Part shown: one piece after another, positions 1 to 16,700 of the stretch
Numbering within the stretch: position 1 is the first letter of the stretch
Layout of the letters: each line of letters begins with the position of its first letter
Assembly: GCF_009914755.1 (NCBI RefSeq)
Contig: NC_060931.1
Reading direction: 5' to 3' (one strand)
DNA length: 64,000 bases
Source: the human T2T-CHM13v2.0 reference genome, Homo sapiens
Notes under the pieces: model-generated
Databases searched by the model: none
Seen by the model: only the letters and a program-made list of their open reading frames with translations
What the model was told of the DNA's origin: nothing
Translations under genes and position numbers: made by a program

Positions 1-2566
1 CTACGGATGGAGAGGAAGCTTCCTAATTCTTGGGGGCTTCCCTGCTAAACTGCTGCGTAGCTGGAGACCCGATGTGACCAATAAGGTCCAAGCCAACAAA
101 GGCAGGGAAAGAGGTCTAAAGAATTCCTTCAGGAAGCTGAAAAATCAGATGCAAAAAAGGTGCAGGTGATACAATACAGATCTTATTGGAGGACACCCAA
201 AAGAAGGGAAATGATTAATCTTCCAAACAATTAATACATTCTTGTACTCATCCCTGTTTACTCAGAGAGATTTTTTTTGCTGTACCTCTCTGGAAATGTG
301 CTCACATTTTTCTGGACTCTTTACACCTTTGGCCTTTCTCAGTAATGATGGCAAGAGTCAGTATCACTCCAGGAGAAGTCTGCCTTCCTTCTTTCCCTTC
401 TGGCTTTTGTTGACACACAGCAAGGCCTTCTATGGGACTTGCAGCCAACACAAAGCAGATAAGGCCTCAAGTTCTCAAGTTCAGTATTTCTTTGCTGCTT
501 CCATTATCATGAACGGAATGTGCCATTTGCTAGCACCTTTATCCACCAGCTATATTGAGTTCTGTGTCTCTGTGGGATTCTTTGGATTTACCTTAGTGGC
601 TCAGTTCCATATTGTTTGAAATACTGATGGACCTCATTGGACCCAGAGGTCCTCCAGCACTGTGGGTTTGGTTTACCATTGTGGGATGCTGCTGTGTGGG
701 ATGCTGCTGTGTCCCCCTGGGGCCACCATTTTTAGGTAATCTCAATGACTTATTGAAATTACAAATAGACATATGGGCATATGGCATAATCTTAATTATT
801 GCAGGTGTCTAGCTCTTCATTGTTAGGTGATAGGTATCAATTATCAACTTTTGGTAAAAGAATAGAAAGCAGAAGAGAAACAGGAAAAGGAAAGTAAAAA
901 GAGAAGAACAGCATAGATGTTACTGAGAAGTCCAAAGTAGTTACTAAAGAAGAGGACTCCCCTAACTAGAAAGGTACAGAAGATGGCCCCAGTGAAGAGG
1001 AGAGTCCAGGCTGTACCCATTCAGCTAAAGGGTAAATGGAGCAGTTCATGACCCAAGATATCTGAAAATATTCTCCTGGCCTGGGATCTACCAGTGGTGC
1101 TCAATGCAGATAACAGACATTTGTGTGGAAACCATACCAGGTGTTCATTGATGGAATTTTTGTTTCACTCCTTACCAATAGCTTAAATTTAAAATGCCAT
1201 ATGCTTTGGGGAGGGGGTGGTTGATGGTAAAGGATGAGGGAAGGAAGTAGGTTTTGTTTTAATCTTAGCTTTTAACAGTGTCATGAAGATTTTAACATGT
1301 GCCTTACAGTTTAGTCTTTAGAAATCTTCAGAGAACTTTTAAAATAATTCTGCTGAATTCATGTATTTTGAGTGTTGTGTTAAAAAGAAAAACCATAACT
1401 AACTTGAGATGAATTTAAAATTTAAAAGTAATCTTGCTTCTTTGGCATTTGTAATGTATTGTCAGATATGGTCACTGGAAGATTTATGAATAGAAACGTT
1501 GGTTGAAAGTTGGAGATTTTATAAAATGCTGATGAATATGTTTTTCCAGCATCAGTAGTTTTTCTGGCATATGGTTCTGCTATCTATATATTTAGGAAAT
1601 TTGAAGCATAAAACTTTGGAAGCATCTTGGCTGTTCTAGCCAGATTGTACTTGTCGACACTTCTTGGGTACCATTTCTTGGGATACTTATTAGAAGTCAA
1701 ATAAGTACTTAAGGGTTGTTTTTATTAAAATACTACTTTGCTCCCCTGTTTAAAGACAGATTTTGAATGGTTATAAATTATTGCCCCTGCTCAAATCACT
1801 TGGTATTATTTTTCTCACTGTAAAGGTTAGTATTAAAAATTTCAAAACTATGTATTTGTGACTTCTTAGTAAATACAGCACATCCAATTAAATGTAGACA
1901 TATTTCAAACATCAGTTGAATTCAGTTTAGGTTTTCCCAAAGCCTTGGTTAAATCATGAGACTATTGGATCTTTTTTGTGAAAGTTTTCTCCTTTGATTC
2001 ACAGAGGTCTCATTTATATCTGATTCTAGCTTAGTGCTGTGTGTGAGATATACTCTCTGTGTGTTTGGTGGGGTTTTTCTTGTTTTGTTTTGCTTACTTT
2101 CACTTTTAGTTTGAATCTTTGCAAATTAAAGAGGGCCAGAAAAATGTGGCACCAAGCAAGCAGATAAGGATAAGGTTATGAGAGAAATTGCTAAGTGTGC
2201 CTAGTTTTAATGACTATTTTTTTTTCTTTTTTCTGAGAAGGCCTTAAAGAAAATCATGGTATACTTAGAATTATTGGACACATACTTACTCTCCACACAA
2301 AGCTAAAAATTATGTGACCCATTTCACTGACCTGAAAAGTAGAGAAGTAGAAGTAGATTCTACATCAGGATAAAAGAGGGGGTGGACCAAAACAAAAACT
2401 AAATATTTCTTATATTCAATGCATTTAATTGACAGAATGAACATATTAGATACAAAACCTTGTGTAAGAGGCTGACTTTTCCAAATAAACTTCTTTTATG
2501 GAAAAATAAAAAGCTGTACATTTCTCTCTGTTGAAAGGAAAGAAATAAAAGCCAAAGTGATAACTT
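1..2566 (+). pseudogene. SLC16A1P1: Processed pseudogene of monocarboxylate transporter 1 (SLC16A1/MCT1); 3' part of CDS (to ~1014) plus 3' UTR, 5' part outside window
   Basis: Frame-shifting translation gives MCT1 segments YGWRGSFLILGG/LLNCCVAG, QYFFAAS..NGMCHLLAPLST, FEILMDLIGP, LGPP.LG.LND and a C-terminal EEESP at ~994-1008. Disablements: TGA at 75-77, several frameshifts, 15-bp tandem duplication 680-709. Homology is continuous with no introns and runs through an AT-rich 3' UTR to AATAAA signals at 2484, 2505 and 2544. Confidence 0.92.
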
Positions 2567-3309
2567 AAAAATGAAGCTGCCACCCACAGGGGATGAGGAC
2601 TTGGATGGAGCCCAGCATCAACAAGTAAGTTTTAATTAGGTCTGATTAAGCACTTCCCTCTAGGAGGCCATCCTAAACAATTTCTTCCTGCATCACAACC
2701 CTGTTTATTTGAACTCAGCAGGAAGTTCATACTTTACAGGTGGTCTTTCTTCGTCTTGGTTTTTATCTCCATTTGGCTTACACATCTGAGCAAATTACTC
2801 ACCTCCTGTGATTCCAAAATCAACCCGAAAGTGATATTACAAAGTTATTGTCATGAAAATGTGATCAAATAATAGGTAGCCAAAACATAGGGAGCAGAGA
2901 TTTAGAGAGTTGTGTCAGACATCTAATAGATAAAAATATTTTATTTTTATAAACTTTTGATGTTTAAGGTATTTTCTACCTTATAAAACTTAGTTATCCA
3001 TCATTTTACACTCTAAATAAATGTTTATTTTCATACAATCTTTGTTTATTATTTTATGTTCCTTTCCCTAAAGGGTACCTCGTAAATTATCTGTTTCATA
3101 CCCCACAAAACCTGAATGTATTTTTACCTGAATTATTTAAATCATAAATTTTTCATTTTCTCCTGCATCATTTCCATAAGCACAAATTTCATATGCCTTT
3201 GCCATCTGAAGGAAAAATGAACCTCCTTAAGACCACATCACACCTACCACTTGAGAATAAATCATTTTTAGATTTAAAAAAATAGATCACATTATGTATC
3301 ACCTTACAG

Positions 3310-4680
3310 ACATGGTCCCATTTCACTATGCTCCTTTACATAGAGATTCCCTGAAGGAACTAACTGCACCTTTCATTCCCATGTTCTCCCCTTCAATCAC
3401 TGCCCATGAGGTGGAAATTAAAGAAGAAAAAATAAAATTAAAAAGAAAAAGAAACAAACTTTCCTGTATTCAGCTGACTTATCCCAGAGGCAGCAACAGA
3501 CATGGCCCAGACCCAGGAAAAGCCTCAATAAACACTATCTGAGAAACTAGGACACAAAGGAATGTGCTCTGGAGACTCTCCCAGCACTCCCTCAACATAG
3601 GAAGGAGAAAAACAAATTTTCTTTTCTCTTATGGTATGAGTTTATAGATTTCTGTTCTCTGCAACTAGTAACTTCAAATTTTCTGTTTTATCTAAGCAGT
3701 ACAGTGAAGGTCATGAGCTGTTTGAGCAGGCCTGAGCAACAGCCACCTGGGTGTCATAGCGAAGGTTATGAGATAAGCCCATGCAAGATGCTAGAGCAAA
3801 GCCTAGATAACAGCCATCTGGGCTGTGCATCAAGGGTCATGTGTAATTCTGGGTTATGCACCTGTCACAATTTGATTAACTGCCTTTGTTCTGCCTCTGT
3901 ATCCTTGCTTTCATGCCTTTACGCTTCATGCTACTGTACGCTTGTTTCAAGCTAGCCCACTCCCTTTCAAAGGTGTGTATGTAAGTCAAGTGCTGTCTTT
4001 GTTCTTGGCCCAGTTTTTGGATGTTAAGTCTGCTGGGTCTGCGTGCACTCAATAAGGATCCTCTGGTATTCACCCCGTGGTCTCTCTTGTCCTCCTGATT
4101 CCTGCAACACTCAGTCTAAACTAAGATTTTGATCCCACCATTCGTCCAAAATAGCTAGTGTATAAATCACTAGAATTTTTCATGTTGCTAAAACCAATGG
4201 TCAATTTCAGTCCTCATCTCACTCGGCCTCTCTAGCAGCATATGACACAGTGGATCCCACATTCTCCTTGAATTCCTGTTACCTCATCAGAAAGTTCTCA
4301 GACTCCTGTGCAGAAGCCACATTCTCTTCTAGATGTCTATATATTAGATGATTAAGGATTCAAATACAATCTCAAATCCAAGTACACTAATACCCAAGTT
4401 GATCTCATCTAATTTTATAATATCAGTAAACACTAAGGACTCCCAAATTATACACATCCAGCGCTGCTCCAGTATCCAACTGCCTACTTGATAACTCTAT
4501 TTAGATTTTCACATATGCAAGCAAGTCTCTACTTTTACTCCCCTCACCAAAATATTCCTCTTTCTTATCTTAATATATGGCATCATAATTTTTATACTCT
4601 TGTTTCCTCCATTTTCCTCATTACATATTCAATCCATAATAAGCAAATCCTATTGTCTCCACATTCAAAATATTGATTTT
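3310..4680 (+). mobile_element. L2 LINE fragment split by an LTR
   Basis: L2-type text 'ggtcaatttcagtcctcatctcactcggcctctctagcagcatatgacacag' at ~4200-4250; L2-like sequence flanks both sides of the 3407-4109 LTR. Confidence 0.65.
3407..4109 (+). mobile_element. Solo ERV LTR (ERV1-class likely; family not assigned)
   Basis: TG...CA termini (tgaggtgg / cctgcaaca), ~700 bp, degenerate polyA signal (aataag ~4051), probable 4-bp TSD ccca/ctca. Confidence 0.7.
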
Positions 4681-4769
4681 AGAAGCCATGTAGAATTATG
4701 CAAAGATTACCTGCCATGAAAAATTAAAGAGCTTCCTAAGCAAAAAAAAAAAAAAAAAAAACATAAATA

Positions 4770-6090
<1,321 letters not shown>

Positions 6091-8096
6091 ACAATTTTTC
6101 TTTTTAAAGTATTCAGAGAAAGAAATAAAATTATCTTTAAAGAACCAAGATAGAAGCAAAATGTTTTCTTCCCTGAAGGAGGATGGGAAATCTCTCAGCT
6201 CCTACCATAAGCCTTGCAAACAAAATCAACATTTGTTTACCTCTGGAGAAAGGTCAGAAAGCCTTCTTGCCACTTGTCCAGACAAAAGTGAGTTGCTACT
6301 GAGGGAAAAGTAGAAGTAAAAGCAGTTTGCTCTTAGGGAAGAGGTAGAAATCCATTCAAGCTAGGATCCTGCCCTGCTACTAGGAGTCCACTAGGATAAG
6401 GGCAGAAACTCCCACCCATGACCAGTCACAAATAAAAAGTAGAGTCTGGCTGCCATGACTGGTGAGATGAGGTAGGAACACCACTTCCCAAGTCTCAGGT
6501 TTATAGGGGCTGACTAGGATGGAGGCTGGATCAGGGAAAACAAGGATATCTTTGCCCCTGTCACAAGCCTTGCACCAAGAAAAAATCAACAGCACCTATT
6601 TCCGGGAAAGAAGCCAAAGTATGGAGATACCTTGTATTACAAAGGCAATGCTACGCTTGGTAAAATTTGGGTAGAGCAGGAACACTGATTAAAATCTCCT
6701 ATTTAGGTTCAACAAAGCATCATTCTTCATGGTCAGAAGAATTTGAAATCTGTGGAGCACTGCAAGTAATTATAGTAACAATACCCAAAACACCTCAACC
6801 ACTTACACACATAGTCTGACAGAAGGACCAGCACCCCATTTTTAAGTATAAATACTCTATAGCCTAGTCTCTACTGTTCTTTTACCAACAATTTCCAGCA
6901 TTTAATAAAAATTATATTTCAAAAGCAGCAAGAAAATACTTACTCATTGTTAAGTGAAAGCATTCAAAAGAATCAGAACCAGGAATGATCTAGACTGGAT
7001 CTATCTATCAAACAGGAATTTTACCCTAACTATAATTAGGATATAGCAGAAAACATAAGCAATGTGCATGAGAACATGAGAAATTTTAGTAGAGCAATAA
7101 AACTGTTTCTTAAAGTAAAATAGAAATGCTAGAAACAAAAAAAAACAACATAAAAATAGATTATTTCTTTGATGGAGTTAAGACTATCACACAGGGAAGA
7201 GTCAGTGAACATGAGGTTATGGAAACAGAAATTATCCCAACTGGAATAAAAAGAGAAGAGTGAGTGGATAAAAATAGAACAAGCTGTACAACAACATAAA
7301 ACAATCTAACAGATGTTTAATTTGAGTCTAAGAAGAAGACAGAGTAACAAGGCAAATGAAATATTTTCAGATATCATGGCTAAAAGTTTTGCAAAATCAA
7401 TGAAATAAATCCCAGATTCAAGAAGCTCAGAGAATCCTAAGCAGGATAGAGAAAAAAATCATATTCAAATTGCCAAAACTCAGATACCAAAATAAAATCT
7501 TGAAGATGTGTATAGAAAAAGAAATATTATACACACATACAAAGATAAAATTACAACCCATTTATCATCAGAAATGAGGCACAGCATAAGACAAAGGAGG
7601 GCACCTTTAAAATGCTGACAAGAAAAAAACTCTCATCTAGAAATCTATACACAGTGAGAATTTCTTTCAAATATAAGCATGGAATACTTTTTCAGATAAA
7701 CAAAACTGACGTACTTTATCACATGTGAGTACACTGCAAGAAATATTAAATAAAGTTCTTCAGGAAGAAGAAATGTGATACCAAATGGAAATTTGAACCT
7801 ACAAAAGAAATGAAGAGTGCCAGAGATGGCAAAAATAATGAAGGCAAAAAAGATTTATTTTTATTAATTGTAAATAAGAACTGACTGAATAAAGTAAAAG
7901 TAGTAACTGTATTGTGGAGTAAAAGTAAATGTATTGTGAAGTTTATAACACACTTAGAAATAAATGCCAACAACCATAGCACAAAGATGAGAGGGAAAAA
8001 AATGGAAGTGAACCGTTGTAATATTTTTACATGTTTTGTAAAGGACTATAATATTATTTAAAATTGGACTATGATAGACTAAATATTTATGTTTTA

Positions 8097-8414
<318 letters not shown>

Positions 8415-9797
8415 TTAAAATTTAGAGCAACTAGTAAACACATTTAAACAAAGGTATAACTAATAAGCCAATATTAGGTATAAGATGAAATTATTAAAAT
8501 TAATTAATAAAAAGGCAAAAGTGTAGAAAAAGAAAACAAAAGCAAAAGCAACAACAACAAAAAAAACAAATAGCAAAATGGTACACCTAAATACACCTTC
8601 ATCCTCTAATAGCAGTAAAGGTAAATAATCTAAAACACAATGATTAAAAAGCAGAGAACAACATATAGAATTGAATAGAAAGACCCAACTGTGTGCTCTC
8701 TACAATCAATGAACTCATTTTTAATATAAAATAATAAATTGATTAAATGTAAAAAGATAGTGAAGATCTACCATGCAACACTATGTCAGAAAGCTGGAGT
8801 GACTATAATAATTTCTAATAAATTCCCATAAGAAGGTATATTACCAGAATTAACATAGGATATTGTATAATAAGGGAGTTGATTTTTCAAGACAATATAA
8901 TAATTTTAACAATTTAATAATAGCACTAAAAATACAGAAAGAATAGACAAACCCATCATTATTAGTGAAGATGTTAACATAATTTTCTCAGTATTTGATA
9001 GATCAAGTAAACGATAAGAAAGTCAGCAAATATGGACGACCTGAACAACACCATCAACTAGATTAACCTAATTGACATTTTTATAAAATTCTACTCAGCA
9101 ATAGAAGACTACAAATGTCAACATATTTGAAATTGAAATTATACAAATATTTTCTTTTAACATAATGATATTAAATTAGAAATAAGGAAGTGATATTAAA
9201 TAAGAAATAAGGAATAAACCAAAACCTCTGGAAAAATCCCCAAATGTATGAAAATTAAACTCTATACTTCTAACTAATCAATAAGTCAAGGAAATCACAA
9301 AGAAAATTAGAAAACATATTTCAAATTGAACAAAAAACAGAGCCTAGAGAAAAATGTGAAGCACTAAACGCTTTTGTTAGAAGTGTCTCAAATCAATGAC
9401 TCAGAGTTTTACCTTATGAAACTAGACTGAAAAGATAAAACTAAAGACAGAAGATGCAGAAGAAACAAAATAAAATATAAAATGATGCAGAAAAACAGAA
9501 AAATAGTAGAGAAGTTCAATGAAATCAAAAGCAAGCTTTGAAAAGATCAATAACGTTGAAAAATCCGTAGTCAGACTGATCAAAACAAAGAGAGAAAACA
9601 CAAATAAAGACACATACAATTAAAGAGAACACATCTCTACAGATCCTGCAGACATTAGAAACAACACTAAGGTAATAGTTTAATAGCTTTATACCAAAAA
9701 TTCAAAGAACTTGAGTGAAATAGTTAAATTCCTGAAAAATCAAAAGCTGCCAAAGCCCACATAAGAGAAAATAGGTAGCCTGACTCCCTATCTATGA

Positions 9798-10093
<296 letters not shown>

Positions 10094-10292
10094 GGCAATT
10101 GATTTTATGGTTAAAAATCTTCCTTGTGGAAAAATCCAGGTCCAGATGCCTCCACTAATGAATTCTACCACATATAAAAAGATAATATAGTGCTACTTCT
10201 ACACAAGTCTTTCAGAAAATAGAAAAGAATACTGACTATTATTTTATGAACCCAGATTTACCTGATAACAAAACCAAATATATAAGAAAAGA

Positions 10293-11610
10293 GGCTGGCC
10301 ACAGCGGCTCACACCTGTAATCCCAACATTTTGTGAGACCAAAGTAGGCAGATGCTTGAGCCCAGGAGTTCAAGACCAGCCTGGGCAACATGGCAAACCC
10401 CATCTCTACAAAAATACAAAAAAGTTAGCCAAGTGTGGTGGGGTGCACCTGTAGTTTCAGCTACTCAGGAGGCTGAGATGGGGGGTGAAGGGGTGGCCTG
10501 CCCCTCCACACCTGTGGGTATATCTCAGCAGGTGGGATGAGAGACTGAGAAAAGAGATAAGACACAGAGACAAACTATAGAGAAACAACAGTGGGCCCAG
10601 GAGACCGGCCCTCTGTTCCCTCAGCACCGGTCTCTGAGTTCCCTCAGTTTTTATTGATTATTATTTTCACTATCTCAGCAGGAGGAATGCAGTAGGAGAG
10701 CAGGGTGATAATAGAGAGAAGGTCAGCAAGAAAACATGTGAGCAAAGGAATCTGCTTCACAATTAAGTTCAAGGGGAGGTACTATGCCTGGATGTACACG
10801 TTGGCCAGATTTATGTTTCTCTCCGTCCAAACATCTCAGTGGAGTAAAGAATAACAAAGCAGCATTGCTGCCAACATGTCTCGTCTCCTGCCATAGGGTG
10901 GGTTTTCTCCTATATCAGAACTGAACAAATGTACAATCGGGTTTTATACCGAGACATTCAGTTCCCAGGGGCAGGCAGGAGGCAGTGGCCTTCCTCTATC
11001 TCAACTACAAGAGGCTTTCCTCTTTTACTAATCCTCCTCAGCACAGACCCTTCATGGGTGTCGAGCTGGGGGACGGTCAGGTCTTTCTCATCCCACGAGG
11101 CCATATTTCAGACTATCACATGGGCAGAAACTTTGGACAATACCTGGCTTTCCAGGGCAGAGGTCCCTGTGGCTTTCCGCAGTGCACTGTGCCCCTGGTT
11201 TATCGAGACTAGAGAATGGCGATGACTTTTACCAAGCATACTGCTTGCAAACATTTTGTTAACAAGGCACATCCTGCACAGCCCTAGATCCCTTAAACCT
11301 TTATTCCGTACAACACATGTTTTAGTGAGCTCAATGTTGGGGCAAAGAGGCTAGGGTAAAGAGGTTAGGGCAAAGTTACAGATTAACAGCATCTCAGGGC
11401 AAAGCAATTGTTCAGGGTACAGGTCAAAATGGAATTTCTTATGTCTTCCCTTTCTACATAGACACAGTAACAGTCTGATCTCTCTTTCTTTTCCCTACAG
11501 GGCGGATCACTTGAGCCTGGGAGTTTGAGGCTGCAGTGAGCCATGATTGTGTCACTGCACTTCAGCCTGGGAACAGAGCAAGACCCTGTCTCAAAACAAA
11601 CAAACAAAAA
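10293..11610 (+). mobile_element. AluJ element split by LTR5 insertion
   Basis: AluJ-type text (gcttgagcccaggagttcaagaccagcctgggcaac) 10293-10485 resumes at 11500 (gggcggatcacttgagcctgggagtttgaggctgcagtgag) with an (aaac)n tail. Confidence 0.88.
10486..11499 (-). mobile_element. HERV-K (HML-2) solo LTR, LTR5A-type
   Basis: Minus strand begins TGTAGGGAAAAGAAAGAGAGATCAGACTGTTACTGTGTC and ends GGCCACCCCTTCA; 1014 bp; 6-bp TSD gggggg/gggcgg. Confidence 0.9.
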
Positions 11611-12326
11611 CAAAAGAGTCCAATAACCTTCATGGACACACAACCATTCTTAATAAAATGTTAGCCAATCAAGTCCATCAAGTTACAAAAATATAATAGA
11701 TTGTGACCATGGGGAGTTTATGCAGGAAATGCAATGTTGATTCAACATCCAAAACTAATTCTAATCAATGTTATTTCATTTATCAACAGACTAAAAGGAA
11801 AAACCAATTCATCATCTTAATAGATGCAGAAAAGACAGTAAATATAATTCAATACTCATTAATGACAAGGACTGTAAAAACTAGTTATAGAAGATACTTC
11901 TTAACCAAGGATGGTGTCTAATGAATAACTTGCAGCTAACAACAGCTAACATTATGAAAGATTAATTTTCCTCTAACATTGAAAAAATGACCTGTATGTT
12001 TATACTCATCATTTCTCTTCAACTGAGAGTCCTAGCCAAAATCATAAGGTCAGGAAAAAATAAATAATAGGGATACAAATGAGAAAGAAACAAAATAAAA
12101 CAATTTTAAACTTCAGGCAATGTTATTATATACATAAAACATAAAGACTCTACGATAAAGCTTGTAGACATAAAGGAGTTTGGCAAGGTTGCAAGTGGCA
12201 AAGACAATATATAAAGTAAATATATACACACACACACACATATACATATAAGTATAAAAAACACACCATTAAAAAAATGAAGTAAGGAATTCCATTTCTT
12301 CATAGCTCCATAAAAACAACTAACAA

Positions 12327-13330
<1,004 letters not shown>

Positions 13331-14499
13331 CTAGTGTCAACCCCAACAGAGAACAATAATAAAGAATAAAATGCTCCTTACAATAAAAACAAACAACAAC
13401 AAAAAAAGTGGACATAACAACAAATATACGTGGACTCCGAAAGAAGAAGGCAGATAGCCAAGGGACCTCAGGCACAACACACAGGTTCTTGGAGTTTCCC
13501 TATTGCCTCCCGTATATATTGAACAGGAATCTGCAGAAGACTTCAACCTGAAACCAATTGGTATAGGAAAAAAAAAAAACTCCAAGGAAAGCCTGTACAG
13601 CTGAATTCTAGGATAAGATCGTGTCAACATGTCCCAGAATACAGCCAATGTTTATCTGCTAAATATCTCCATTCTAGAATTGCTTGTATAAAATGTTGAC
13701 TCCAGGAGTCAAAAATGATTGTCACAGTAACTCACAGAATCTTCTCACAGTAGATGGACATTTTCTATCTTTGGAGGAGAAATGTGGTCCCCCTCAGTGA
13801 CAACCATATCACAGCAGCTTAAAACCATGTTGAAAAATTGTGGTTAATATCAAATAATACATTTTAGAGAAGTCAGTTTTTCTGAGACTTGGAGATAAAT
13901 CAAGGCCAGAGACTTGAAAGAGATGCCTTACTTTTATTTGCTACTACTTGGTTTTCATACTTCAGTCCTGTAAGAGAAATTGTACTGAAGGCTGCTTGCT
14001 TAATTACCATAAACATGTGTGGCTCTCCACACTGAACTGTTTATAACTTTTAATATATTCATCTACCATTGCATCAAATCACAGTGAATCTGATAGCTTT
14101 TCTTTGTGAGAGGGCAACTTAAGAGTTCTGCCGGCTACAGAAGAAGTGATTTTTAGTACACTAGAGCTTTGTACCAGAATGTGAACTATTGGTCAAATGG
14201 TACCCATGGGCAGCTGACAAAGTGACAATAATTCCATCAGGATAAATTTACTTAGTGAACAAGTTGACATAAGTATCTAAAACAAAAACTGTCATTTAAA
14301 CTTGTACTAAAATGTACTAATATCAGTCTCCTTTGGGCATCAATATCACATTTGGAGCACTTGCATGATCATCCTGTTTCAAGTAAGCCAAAGATGGAAG
14401 AATATTCGAAAGTCTGTATATAGAGATTTCACTGCAGTACATTTTTCTCTTCATCTGTCAAAAAATATGGTTCTTTCCAAAGTGCGTGGTCATAAGTGG

Positions 14500-14700
14500 A
14501 CCTTTTTTTCCTATGGAACTAATAACATATAAAACAATTAAGATCACCACAATGGGCAAATGGAAATTTCTCTTGGATCCCACAAGAGAACTGAACTGCC
14601 ATTGTCAAGGTTCTTTTCTCCTGGGTCTTGGCAGATATGTAGGGAAAGTCTTGGTACTCTATAAAGCCCTCAGAATCCAAAGGTCTTCACAGCTCAGTGT
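14500..14700 (+). promoter_or_regulatory. Candidate OR6B1 promoter
   Basis: TATAAA at 14660-14665; homeodomain site CAATTA (TAATTG on -) at 14535-14540; O/E(Ebf)-like sites near 14578-14588 and 14617-14626; unique sequence followed by a consensus splice donor. HD plus O/E sites are the known OR promoter signature. Confidence 0.6.
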
Positions 14701-15009
14701 GCCTAAAATCACTGCCGTGTTCACCAGGAAGGTGATGGGCACCCTAGTCCCAGGGTGCTGGACGAAGCAGCCTCGTGCCACATCAGATGCAGATGTGGTC
14801 CTAGTGCCTAGGGCTCTCCTGTCATCTTATCCTGGCTTTCAGCTTGAAAGCAGTGGGGCAATCTGTACCCAGTCACTCTTTCTAGGTTTAGAAAGTGGGT
14901 TCCTCACATCTATTCAATACCTGAATCTTTTTCTTCTGCATCTTCCTATTTTAGAATCGGTGAAGGCTTTGTTTTCACATTTTATCCTATCAGAGGCTGC
15001 TGTGCCAAG
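14690..15009 (+). other. OR6B1: Inferred upstream exon of OR6B1 (intron 15010-18342)
   Basis: Perfect donor AAG|GTAAGT at 15009/15010; acceptor tttttcctccccAG|G at 18342/18343 with branch-like CTGAT ~18317, 25 nt before the OR ATG. 5' boundary inferred from the TATA position. Confidence 0.6.
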
Positions 15010-15899
15010 GTAAGTGCTCCCTCTCAGAGCATTACTTTCTCACTATGCAGGCAGCCCTGTTTCAGGCTCCTACAGCGCAGCAACATTTAAACTCTAAAAT
15101 GTTTAATGCCTCTCTGTTCTATCCACTCTCAATTCCTAGCAATCGGTCCGGATAATATTCTTGTCTCCTGAAATCTAAGTGCAGCCAGTTATGCAGTGAG
15201 CTGAGGGAGCAGGCTCCTCTTGCCACTTTGGAGACATCTCTCTGTGTGGGATCAAAAATTAGTGCCCCAGATTATGATCCCAAACTTTAGATCCCTACCA
15301 TTGACCCGATGACCTGATATCCCTGTGCTGCAACCACCACATCTTCCTGGCAACTTGTTTCTGGTGGTGGCTACAAAAACTGCTGCTATCTTGGCAGGGG
15401 CGGAGGTTAAATGTTCATCAAATTCAAATTACTTGGAACCTACGTATGTATAGAACCCTGACAAAGTTGGGGAAAAGTGCATAGCAGCAGACATAAGAAA
15501 CAAAGATGTTTGATTCTAGACCAGTGGTAAATCTGCTATGAGGGGTAACATGTTTGAGTATGCTTAATGGAGTAAAAACTATTATAAGTAAAAAGGCTGT
15601 ACATATTTTGCAGTAAGGTGATACATAAAAATACCAGTATGCAATAATTAGTGCCAGTGCACCTTCATTCAGTTAATGAGAAATAAGGAATTCTTTGTTT
15701 TTCTTGTAGAGCTTCCTCTAGAAGTGAAAACTTATGTAACTTGTGAACAAGTATAGCTAAATATGTCCATCTTTGTTTCTTTGACAAATGTTATAAGCTA
15801 GAATGATTTTTCTCTTCTTTGTGTGTATCTTTAAGTGTCTGCTATGAGGGTGCTTTCTAACGGGTCTATGAATCTCTGGTTTGGCAACCTTGTCCCATC

Positions 15900-16320
15900 C
15901 TAACCCATCCTCCCACATCAAAAACAAGAATATAATAAGAGGATGTTGTCATCCTGCTGACAAACAGTGATTACTTATTGTCTATACTTCAGGATAATTC
16001 TTAAATGCCTCACTATTCCATGATCTGGTCCGTGACAACAGAGTCTCTCTCTTTCTCTTTCCATCCATCTCTTTTCTGCTCATTCACTCACTCACAACTT
16101 GCCCACTCACGCAGCAATTATGAGTTGAGTTCCTGAAAATTTCAAACTGTTTCAGATCTCCGTGCCTTTGTTCACTCTGATTCATCTGCCAAAAATGCCT
16201 TTTCCTCCTCCTAATTTATATTTCAAAACATATCCAATCATTATCTATTCTCAGATACATTTACCAAGCATTTCTATACATTCATTTCTGTTATGTGTGT
16301 CTGATTGAATATGTACTTGT
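15900..16320 (+). mobile_element. L2 fragment
   Basis: L2 3' text (ctccgtgcctttgttcactctg...aaatgccttttcctc). Confidence 0.5.
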
Positions 16321-16484
16321 ATCATGTTGCTTTCTTTTTAACATTTGGGTTCATCTCTAATAGTCTCAGCTTATAATAAAATTTCAGCAGGATTAAAGAA
16401 CACTTCCTAAAATAGTCAGGAATTTTAAATGTAAAATACATTGGTAAGTCCAAAATGTGATATTCTTCATCAGTGTGTTTCACT

Positions 16485-16700
16485 CTAGTGGTTAAGGACA
16501 TGCCTTTGTAGTCGGACCTGGGCTTTATGATTCTGATTTTATCACTGTCTAACTTGGAAATATTATTTAATCTATCTAAACCACAGTGTCTTCTTTGAAA
16601 TTAGAATAGCAATGTCTAATTAACATTATTTTGTGGATTAAATGGGATATTGCATGAAAAGAACTTCCCAGCACCTATTAAATACTCAATAAATTATTAT
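16485..16700 (+). mobile_element. MIR
   Basis: tagtggttaaggacatg...ttatttaatctatctaaaccacagtgtcttc...aatactcaataaat. Confidence 0.65.

Noticed and set aside
242-812. ORFs 242-619 and 612-812 as functional transporter genes
   Set aside because: They are fragments of the frameshifted, stop-containing SLC16A1 pseudogene.
13400-14480. Possible second processed pseudogene in apparently unique sequence, plus a 10-bp inverted repeat (13488 / 13577)
   Set aside because: Manual translation of several frames gave no recognisable protein family, and the inverted repeat is short enough to be chance. A BLASTX search would be needed.
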